A stretch of DNA of 48,865 bases, taken from contig JBHEPS010000005.1 of the NCBI GenBank assembly GCA_046260175.1, positions 8,636-57,500 of the forward strand, in the 5' to 3' direction. Below, piece after piece: positions 42,025 to 48,865 of the stretch. A model generated the notes under the pieces. That model was not told the origin of the DNA and did not search any database. It saw only the letters and a list, made by a program, of their open reading frames with translations. Source of the DNA: Thermoanaerobaculia bacterium (GTDB taxonomy: Bacteria; Acidobacteriota; Thermoanaerobaculia; Gp7-AA8). Each line of letters begins with the position of its first letter. The stretch's first letter is position 1. The position numbers and the translations under genes are program-made.

Positions 42025-42157
42025 GGGATGGATTCTATCCGGGGTCGCGGCCCCACCGCGCGAGCCCGGCGGAATCCCGGCTCGGAGAGGCTCGTTCAAC
42101 GGTTCGACTGCGCCTCATGACATCATCGACGCATCCAATCCGGAACGGGGACCCCAG

Positions 42158-43018
42158 ATGACCTTACGCCTCACGGCAGCTCTCGTGCTTTTCTTCTCCT
42201 TCGTCGCGCCGCTTCTTGGACAGCCGGCCGAGGGAGATCGCCTCTGGCTGCTTCGGGCGGATGGCGCACAGGGATCGCGCGCCGCCTTCGAGCCCATCGA
42301 CGCGGTGATCAACACCTACGGCGCCGCTCTTCACGACGATCCCGAGAACCTGGAGCTGCGCTGGAAACTGATGCGCGCCCTTCGTTTCAAAGGTTCCTAT
42401 GTCGCTCAGCAGACGGAGCAGAAACGGGTGATCTTCGACCAGGCCCGCCAGGTCGGAGAGGCGGGAGTCGCGCAGCTCGACCGCGCTCTCGCGGCAAAGA
42501 AGGCCGGTTCGGTGAAGAAGGGGAAAGAGGCGGCCGTCGCCGCCGCGCTGCGATCGATTCCGCACGCCGGCGAGTTCCTCTACTGGGACGCAGTTGCCTG
42601 GGGTGAGTGGGCGCAGGTATTCGGGAAGATCGCGGCGGTCCGCCAGGGTGCTGCGGACCGCATTCTGCGCGAAGCAACTCTCGCCGTGCTCATCGACCCG
42701 GCGATCGAGAACGGCGGCGGTGATCGCGTCCTCGGTCGTCTGCACAACCAGACTCCCCGCATTCCTTTCGTCACGGGATGGGCCTCGGATGCCAGGGCAA
42801 TTGAGCATCTTCGGGCATCGCTGGAGGGAGGAGCCGGGGACAACCTGACGAAGGTCTTTCTCGCGGAGGCGCTGGCGTCGAACGGCAGAGCCGACAAGCC
42901 CGAGGCGATCGCCCTGCTCAAGAACGTGATTCAGGCGCCGCTCGATCCGACACACACCGTAGAGGACGCGGATGCGAAGGAGATGGCGCGGGCGCTGCTG
43001 ACGAGCTGGGGCGAGTGA
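42158..43018 (+). CDS. Secreted hypothetical protein (helical, TPR-like)
   Basis: The signal-like N-terminus is MTLRLTAALVLFFSFVAPLLGQPAEG. The product is 286 aa with a balanced composition. No family recognised. Confidence 0.6.
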   Translation: MTLRLTAALVLFFSFVAPLLGQPAEGDRLWLLRADGAQGSRAAFEPIDAVINTYGAALHDDPENLELRWKLMRALRFKGSYVAQQTEQKRVIFDQARQVGEAGVAQLDRALAAKKAGSVKKGKEAAVAAALRSIPHAGEFLYWDAVAWGEWAQVFGKIAAVRQGAADRILREATLAVLIDPAIENGGGDRVLGRLHNQTPRIPFVTGWASDARAIEHLRASLEGGAGDNLTKVFLAEALASNGRADKPEAIALLKNVIQAPLDPTHTVEDADAKEMARALLTSWGE

Positions 43019-43123
43019 GAGCGTGGCTGGGACCTGCAGGTCCGGGCCGCAGCCGGAGAATCGGGTGACGCCGCCCCGGCCGCCTGCATTGACTCCCACT
43101 TGCCCGCGTTACAGACTCTCCCG

Positions 43124-44533
43124 ATGAGCGACTCCCCTTCCCGCCCGGAACGCGAACGCCGGGTATGGAGCGTCGCCGAGCTGATTGCATCGGTCAACAC
43201 GGAGCTCTCCTCCAGGTTTCGCGAGGTCTGGGTCGAGGGAGAAGTCTCGAACCTCACGCGCTCCACGCCCGGCCACCTCTATTTTTCGATCAAGGACGAG
43301 AAGGCGCAGCTCTCGGTCGTGATGTTCGGCATGTGGGCCCGCCAGCTCCGATTCCGGATCGAGAGCGGTCAGAAGCTTCTGCTCCGGGGGCGGCTCAACA
43401 TTTACGAGGCACGCGGCTCGTTTCAGCTGATGGCGGACACGGCGGAGCCGGCCGGGATCGGAGCGCTCCAGCTCGCGTTCGAGCAACTCAAAGCGAAACT
43501 GGCCGCCGAGGGGCTGTTCGATGCCGCGCGGAAGAGGGCGATTCCGATGTTGCCGCAGAGGATCGCGATCGTGACCTCGCCGACCGGCGCCGCGATCCGC
43601 GACATCCTCCATGTCATCGGGCGCCGATTCTCCGGCCTCGAGATTCAGATCTATCCCGTACGGGTTCAGGGAACGGCCGCAGCGGGGGAGATCGCGGCCG
43701 CAATCCGGAACCTTTCGCGATGGGATCGCCACGACGTCGTGATCATCTCCCGGGGTGGAGGATCGATCGAGGATCTTTGGCCTTTCAACGAGGAGATCGT
43801 CGCGCGGGCACTCGCCGACTGTGTGATCCCCACGATCTCCGGAGTCGGTCACGAAGTCGACTTCACGATCTGTGATTTCGTCGCCGATCTCCGGGCGCCG
43901 ACTCCCTCGGCAGCCGCGGAGATCGTCGTCCGGGCAAAAGCCGAGATCTGCGATCAGATCGACGGCGCGGTGCGCAGGGTTCGGTACGTGATCGACCGGC
44001 GAGTCCGCCACTACCGGTCGGAGCTGAGACATCTCTCCTCGACCGACGGCATCGGTCGCGTCCCGGCCCGCATTCGCCGCCGGCGTCAGGACCTTCAGCA
44101 GAAACGCGTCTCCCTCTTCCGCGTGCTGGATGGCCACGCCCGCGTTCTCAGGCGAAGGCTCGACGCCGTCCGGGAGCCGCTGGCCCGCTTTCCCGGCCGG
44201 CTGGCCCTCGCCAACCGGAAGCGCTATCTGGCGCTTGTTGGAGAGCGGCTCGCCGTCGCTGCCCGCGGAAACGTCGCCGGCTCCCGCCTCAAGCTCGAGT
44301 CCACCGTCAATACTCTGCAGGCCGTGTCGCCCCTGTCGGTTCTAGGCCGCGGCTACGCGATCGCCTTCTCGCTCCGCCGCGGCCGGCGTCCGATTCAGGA
44401 CGCGACCACCGTCGCGATCGGCGAGCCGATCGAAGTGCAGGTTCGAAAGGGGCGCCTCCAGTGCACGGTCGACGGCCGGACCCTTGGAGTCGAGTCCCTA
44501 TGGCCCACTCCCGGACACGAAGAGGAGTCCTAG
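43124..44533 (+). CDS. xseA: Exodeoxyribonuclease VII large subunit
   Basis: The motifs are WSVAELIASVNTELSSRFREVWVEGEVSNLTRSTPGHLYFSIKDEKAQL (OB fold) and IAIVTSPTGAAIRDI. The first ATG is at 43124; the listed start at 43100 is TTG. Confidence 0.9.
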   Translation: MSDSPSRPERERRVWSVAELIASVNTELSSRFREVWVEGEVSNLTRSTPGHLYFSIKDEKAQLSVVMFGMWARQLRFRIESGQKLLLRGRLNIYEARGSFQLMADTAEPAGIGALQLAFEQLKAKLAAEGLFDAARKRAIPMLPQRIAIVTSPTGAAIRDILHVIGRRFSGLEIQIYPVRVQGTAAAGEIAAAIRNLSRWDRHDVVIISRGGGSIEDLWPFNEEIVARALADCVIPTISGVGHEVDFTICDFVADLRAPTPSAAAEIVVRAKAEICDQIDGAVRRVRYVIDRRVRHYRSELRHLSSTDGIGRVPARIRRRRQDLQQKRVSLFRVLDGHARVLRRRLDAVREPLARFPGRLALANRKRYLALVGERLAVAARGNVAGSRLKLESTVNTLQAVSPLSVLGRGYAIAFSLRRGRRPIQDATTVAIGEPIEVQVRKGRLQCTVDGRTLGVESLWPTPGHEEES

Positions 44534-44571
44534 GTCACACTTTCCGCAGGTTGTGAGATCATCGAGGACCG

Positions 44572-44862
44572 ATGGCGAAACCACGTTCCAACGACTTCGA
44601 GAAGGCCTTCCAGCAGCTCGAGAAGATCGTCCAGAGACTCGAGGGTGAAGAGCTCTCGCTCGACGATTCGCTGAAACTTTTCGAGGAAGGGATCGGTCTT
44701 TCCCGCTTCTGCCATCAGAAGCTCGAGGAGGTCGAGAAGAAGATCGAGCTCATCCTCTCCGACGCCCGGGGCGAGCCCGTCACGGAGCCATTCGCGGGCG
44801 AGCCGTCCACCCTCGACGAAGACGACGAGGTCCCCGGACTCCCGAGCCCCGAGCTTCCCTGA
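44572..44862 (+). CDS. xseB: Exodeoxyribonuclease VII small subunit
   Basis: The motif is FEKAFQQLEKIVQRLEGEELSLDDSLKLFEEGIGLSRFCHQKLEEVEKKI. The product is 96 aa. Confidence 0.9.
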   Translation: MAKPRSNDFEKAFQQLEKIVQRLEGEELSLDDSLKLFEEGIGLSRFCHQKLEEVEKKIELILSDARGEPVTEPFAGEPSTLDEDDEVPGLPSPELP

Positions 44863-44865
44863 ATC

Positions 44866-45774
44866 ATGTCCCCCGACCTGAAGACCCAGCTCGAGCGATG
44901 GCGCTCACAGATCGAGCAGACCATCGACCGGGAAATGCCGCCGGCCGACCGCCGCCCCGCCGTGATTCACGAGGCGATGCGCTACGCGGTTCTCGGCGGC
45001 GGGAAGCGCCTGAGGCCCATTCTGGCGATCGCTGCAGCCGACGCCTGCGGGGCCGATCCCACCCCCCTTCTCCGTCCCATTTGCGCGCTCGAGCTCATTC
45101 ACACGTACTCTCTGGTCCACGACGACCTCCCTTCGCTCGACGACGACGACCTCCGCCGCGGACGGAAGACCACCCACGTCGTGTTCGGCGAGGCGATGGC
45201 GATCCTCGCCGGCGACGCCCTTCTGACCGAGGCGTTCTGCTGGCTGACCGAACCCGTCGCCGGGGTCGACCCGAAGGGCCAACTGCTGGCCGCTCGACTC
45301 GTGGCCCGCGCGGTCGACGCCTCCGGGATGATCGGCGGACAGGTCGCCGATCTCGAGGCCGAGTCGCTCGAGACCCGGACCCAGGACCGGGCGGTGCTCA
45401 TGGACGAGCTCGCATTCATCCATCGCAACAAGACCGGCCGCCTCCTGACCGCATCCCTCGAGCTCGGCGGCGTGCTGGCAGGCGCCAGCGAAGCTACGCT
45501 CGGTCATCTCCGCGCGTATGGAGAGGCGATCGGACTGGCTTTCCAGATCGTCGACGACCTTCTGGACGTCGAGGGGTCCGCCGAGACGCTGGGGAAGACC
45601 GCCGGCAAGGACGTCGCCCAGGGAAAGCTCACCTGGCCCTCCCTTCTGGGCATCGAAGCCGCTCGGGCGAGGGTGGAGGAGCTTGTAAAAGCGGCCGAGG
45701 AGAGTGCTGCTATGATCGGCCGCCCGGAGTATCTGGTGCCCCTGGCGCGTTACATTGGCGCACGCCGCTCCTAG
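44866..45774 (+). CDS. ispA: (2E,6E)-farnesyl diphosphate synthase / polyprenyl synthetase
   Basis: The first Asp-rich motif is LVHDDLPSLDDDDLRRGRKTTH. The second is FQIVDDLLD. Confidence 0.9.
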   Translation: MSPDLKTQLERWRSQIEQTIDREMPPADRRPAVIHEAMRYAVLGGGKRLRPILAIAAADACGADPTPLLRPICALELIHTYSLVHDDLPSLDDDDLRRGRKTTHVVFGEAMAILAGDALLTEAFCWLTEPVAGVDPKGQLLAARLVARAVDASGMIGGQVADLEAESLETRTQDRAVLMDELAFIHRNKTGRLLTASLELGGVLAGASEATLGHLRAYGEAIGLAFQIVDDLLDVEGSAETLGKTAGKDVAQGKLTWPSLLGIEAARARVEELVKAAEESAAMIGRPEYLVPLARYIGARRS

Positions 45775-45805
45775 CGGCAGAGCCCGCTTTTCGGGCGAGG
45801 ACCTG

Positions 45806-47713
45806 ATGGTAAGACTGCTCGACTCAATCGATACCCCCCATGATCTGCGCAAGCTGGATCGCGCACAGCTTCCCCAGGTCGCTCAGGAAATCCGCGACCA
45901 GGTGATCGACGTGGTCTCCCAGCTGGGAGGACATTTCGGCGGCAACCTCGGCGTGGTCGAGCTGACGCTGGCTCTCCACTACGCCTTCAACACTCCGCTC
46001 GACCAGATCGTGTTCGATACCGGTCACCAGTCCTATCCCCACAAGCTGATCACGGGTCGGCGCGACCGGTTCCACACGATCCGTCAGCACAACGGGATCT
46101 CGGGTTTCTGCAAGCGCGAGGAGTCGATCTACGACGTATTCAACGCGGGGCACGCCTCGACCTCGATCTCGGCGGCTCTCGGCATCGCCGTCGCGCGTGA
46201 TTTCTCCGACAACGACTACCGGGTCGTGGCCGTCATCGGTGACGGGGCGCTCTCGGGTGGGCTCGCGCTCGAAGGGCTGAACCAGGTCGGTCATCTCAAG
46301 CGCGATCTGATGATCATCCTGAACGACAACGACATGTCGATCTCGACGAACGTCGGAGCGATCTCGGGATACCTGAACCAGATCATCAAGGGGCAGAAGT
46401 ACCACGCCCTCAAGGACGTAGCGAAGCGCGTGATGGAGCGGATTCCGGTCGTGGGAACGAAGATCCACGACATGGCCTCGGACGTCGAGGAAGTCCTCAA
46501 GCACATGGTCGTCCCCGGACTCCTGTTCGAGGAGCTCGGCATCAAGTACATCGGCCCGTACGACGGTCACGACCTGAACCTGCTCCTCGACCTTTTCGAG
46601 AAGTATCGCGACCATGAGGGCCCGATCCTCGTTCACGTCATCACGAAGAAGGGGAAGGGCTACACCCCGGCCGAGGCGAAGCCGATCTGGTCGCACGGCG
46701 TCACCCCGTTCGACATCCTGTCGGGCGAGGTGAAAAAGAGCGACAAGGTTTCGCCGCCGAGCTACACGGCTGTGTTCTCGCAAGCGCTGATCGAGCTCGC
46801 CCAAAAGGACGAGCGGATCGTCGCAATCACGGGAGCGATGCCCGAGGGAACGGGCCTCGACAAGTTCGCGAAGATCTATCCGGACCGGATGTTCGACGTC
46901 GGGATCGCCGAGGAGCACGCGATCACCTTCAGCGGCGGAATGGCGACCCAGGGGATGAAGCCCGTCGCCGCCATCTACTCCACGTTCCTCCAGCGGGCCT
47001 TCGATCAGGTGTTTCACGACGTGACGATCATGGATCTTCCCGTGGTTTTCGCCCTCGACCGGGCCGGCATCGCCGGCGCGGACGGGCCGACTCACCACGG
47101 CATCTACGACATGGCCTACCTGCGGGTCTTCCCGAACATGATCTGCATGGCTCCGAAGGACGAGAACGAGCTTCGGCACATGCTCAAGACGGCCTTCGAG
47201 AGCGGGCACCCGACTTCTCTCCGTTATCCCCGCGGCGCGGGTGAAGGTGTCGTGATGGAACCGGAGATGAAAAGCCTCCCGATCGGCAAGGGAGAGATCA
47301 TGCGGGACGGGAAGGACGCCGTCGTCTTCGCGATCGGCAACGAAGTCTGGCCGGCGGTTCACGCCGCAACGGCTCTGGAGAAGGAAGGCATCCGCGTCGC
47401 CGTAGTCAACGCGCGATTCATCAAACCGCTGGACGATGACCTGATCCGGAAGTTCTGCAAACCGGGAGCGAAGATCCTCACGGTCGAGGAGGGGTCGCTC
47501 GCAGGCGGGTTCGGCTCGGCGATCCTCGAGCGCTGCGAAGAGCTCGGCCTGAGGGGATTCGAACTGCAGAGAATCGGCATCCCTGACGAGTACGTCTCGC
47601 ACGGCGTTCAGGAGACTCTGCGCGCCCAGTACGATCTTCACGCCGACGGCATCGCGACCCGCCTCCGTGCCCTCGTCGGCGCCGCCGCGGGCCAGCGGGC
47701 CTCGACGGCCTGA
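45806..47713 (+). CDS. dxs: 1-deoxy-D-xylulose-5-phosphate synthase
   Basis: The ATG at 45806 gives MVRLLDSIDTPHDLRKL...GGHFGGNLGVVELTLALHYAFNTPLDQIVFDTGHQSYPHKLITGR. The TPP motif is IGDGALSGGLALEGLN. Confidence 0.93.
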   Translation: MVRLLDSIDTPHDLRKLDRAQLPQVAQEIRDQVIDVVSQLGGHFGGNLGVVELTLALHYAFNTPLDQIVFDTGHQSYPHKLITGRRDRFHTIRQHNGISGFCKREESIYDVFNAGHASTSISAALGIAVARDFSDNDYRVVAVIGDGALSGGLALEGLNQVGHLKRDLMIILNDNDMSISTNVGAISGYLNQIIKGQKYHALKDVAKRVMERIPVVGTKIHDMASDVEEVLKHMVVPGLLFEELGIKYIGPYDGHDLNLLLDLFEKYRDHEGPILVHVITKKGKGYTPAEAKPIWSHGVTPFDILSGEVKKSDKVSPPSYTAVFSQALIELAQKDERIVAITGAMPEGTGLDKFAKIYPDRMFDVGIAEEHAITFSGGMATQGMKPVAAIYSTFLQRAFDQVFHDVTIMDLPVVFALDRAGIAGADGPTHHGIYDMAYLRVFPNMICMAPKDENELRHMLKTAFESGHPTSLRYPRGAGEGVVMEPEMKSLPIGKGEIMRDGKDAVVFAIGNEVWPAVHAATALEKEGIRVAVVNARFIKPLDDDLIRKFCKPGAKILTVEEGSLAGGFGSAILERCEELGLRGFELQRIGIPDEYVSHGVQETLRAQYDLHADGIATRLRALVGAAAGQRASTA

Positions 47714-47723
47714 GACGACCGGC

Positions 47724-48524
47724 GTGTCTGCGCGCGCTTCACGCACGAGACTCGACGTCGCGCTGGTCGAGCGAGGCCTGGTTCCGACCCGGGCTCGCGC
47801 CCAGGCCCTCATCATGGCGCGGCGCGTTCTTCTGAACGGCCAGTTCGCCGAGAAGCCCGGCTCGAGCGTCCAGGGGGACGACCGCCTCGAGGTGCAGGAG
47901 CTCGAGCATCCCTGGGTCGGCCGCGGCGGGATGAAGCTCGCCGGGGCGCTCGATCACTTCGAGATCGATCCCTCCGGACTCGACTGCGCCGATATCGGAG
48001 CATCCACGGGTGGGTTCACCGACGTTCTTCTTCAACGCGGGGCCCGGCGCGTCTGGGCCATCGATGTCGGCTACGGACAGCTCGACCAGAAGCTCCGTGA
48101 GGACTTGCGCGTCGTCAACCGTGAAAAGACGAATGCCCGATATCTGCAGCTCGAGGATTTCGAGGCCCCCCTCGATCTCGTCTCGATCGACGTATCGTTC
48201 ATTTCCCTTCGGCTGATCCTTCCGGCAGCGGCCCGAATCCTGAAGCCGGGAGGCCTCCTCGTGGCCCTCATCAAGCCTCAGTTCGAGGCGGGAAAAGGAG
48301 AGATCGGCAAAGGGGGCATCGTGCGTGACCCGGTGGTCCGCGCGAGAGTCATTGCCGAGATCGAGAGCGCCGCCGCACACGAAGGCTTTCGCATCGTCGG
48401 CGTGATCGACAGCCCGATCAAGGGAGCCGAGGGAAATCTCGAGGCCCTGCTCCACGCGATCCGGGAAGACGCTCCGCATGAAACGATGGAGCGGTCCGAC
48501 GATGCGTCGGCGGAAGAGGAGTGA
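47724..48524 (+). CDS. tlyA: TlyA-family rRNA 2'-O-methyltransferase
   Basis: The S4-like N-terminus is RLDVALVERGLVPTRARAQALI. The FtsJ-like SAM motif is DIGASTGGFTDVLLQRGA. I prefer the GTG at 47724, just after the dxs stop. The listed start at 47667 overlaps dxs. Confidence 0.8.
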   Translation: MSARASRTRLDVALVERGLVPTRARAQALIMARRVLLNGQFAEKPGSSVQGDDRLEVQELEHPWVGRGGMKLAGALDHFEIDPSGLDCADIGASTGGFTDVLLQRGARRVWAIDVGYGQLDQKLREDLRVVNREKTNARYLQLEDFEAPLDLVSIDVSFISLRLILPAAARILKPGGLLVALIKPQFEAGKGEIGKGGIVRDPVVRARVIAEIESAAAHEGFRIVGVIDSPIKGAEGNLEALLHAIREDAPHETMERSDDASAEEE

Positions 48525-48526
48525 CG

Positions 48527-48865
48527 ATGCGCTGGATGGTGACGGGGGCCCGGGGGATGACGGGCTCGGATGTCGTGGATTTTCTCGAGGCTTCGGGCGA
48601 GCCGGTGGTGGCTGCCTCGAAGGAGCAGCTCGACATCACTTCGCCGGACGTCTACGAGTTCACGCGCGAGGCGCGGCCCGATGTGATCCTCAACTGCGCG
48701 GCCTATACGAAGGTCGATGACTGCGAGGCAGATCCCGCCCTCGCGGATCGAATCAACGGCGAGGCGGTCCGCATTCTGGCCGAGGCCGCGAACCGTGAAG
48801 GTGCGCTACTCGTCCAGGTTTCGACGGATTTCGTCTTCGACGGAACGGCGCGGGCTCCGTACCCC
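48527..48865 (+). CDS. rfbD: dTDP-4-dehydrorhamnose reductase, N-terminal part (runs off the window)
   Basis: This is not in the ORF track because it has no stop. My own translation from the ATG at 48527 is MRWMVTGARGMTGSDVVDFL...DITSPDVYEFTREARPDVILNCAAYTKVDDCEADPALADRINGEAV...LVQVSTDFVFDG. This is the classic RmlD pattern. Confidence 0.8.
   Translation, partial: MRWMVTGARGMTGSDVVDFLEASGEPVVAASKEQLDITSPDVYEFTREARPDVILNCAAYTKVDDCEADPALADRINGEAVRILAEAANREGALLVQVSTDFVFDGTARAPYP

Noticed and set aside
44898-45806. A 302-aa same-strand ORF in an alternative frame over ispA.
   Set aside because: Its composition is extremely Arg/Pro-rich (…RRRRPPPRTEDHPRRVRRGDGDPRRRRP…). The overlapping frame carries both polyprenyl synthase Asp-rich motifs.

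Overview
This is a G+C-rich bacterial chromosomal segment. Gene content and synteny suggest a diderm, Acidobacteriota-like or related lineage, but the lineage is inference. I call about 41 protein-coding genes, nearly all core envelope or metabolic functions. They are: a soluble lytic transglycosylase; a PDZ-containing sensor kinase with a sigma-54-dependent response regulator; an M14 peptidase; a MEMO-family protein translationally coupled to glgA; a minus-strand block waaA-lpxK-acyltransferase-YfhO-like-MerR; hflX; a heme operon (ccsA-like, hemA, hemC, cobA-hemD fusion); mlaE-mlaF; alr; an SDR; a dGTPase-like HD protein; HU; fmt-rsmB; xseA-xseB-ispA-dxs-tlyA; and the start of rfbD. I recognised no rRNA, tRNA, CRISPR array, transposase or integrase. 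The stand-out signal is non-genic: a family of nested palindromic repeat elements. Two full copies (30053-30279 and 34139-34440) have outer arms made of inverted tandem heptamers (CTAGGGR on the left, YCCCTAG-type on the right). These arms enclose a GTCATYCTGAG...GAAGGATCTCARAATGGCAGGA-type core. A third, array-less core copy lies at 39194-39278. The two full copies exactly bracket a two-gene module: a 1068-aa polytopic membrane protein plus an orphan 4'-phosphopantetheinyl transferase, wedged between the heme and mla operons. In both copies the heptamer array supplies the stop codon of the upstream gene. Secondary leads are a 340-bp gene-free region ending in a strong minus-strand UUCG-loop terminator with no gene to terminate (candidate sRNA), and a self-contained unit of sigma-54-like promoter, 41-aa hydrophobic ORF and terminator. 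All coordinates and repeat counts were read by eye. Family assignments rest on recognised motifs, not on searches.
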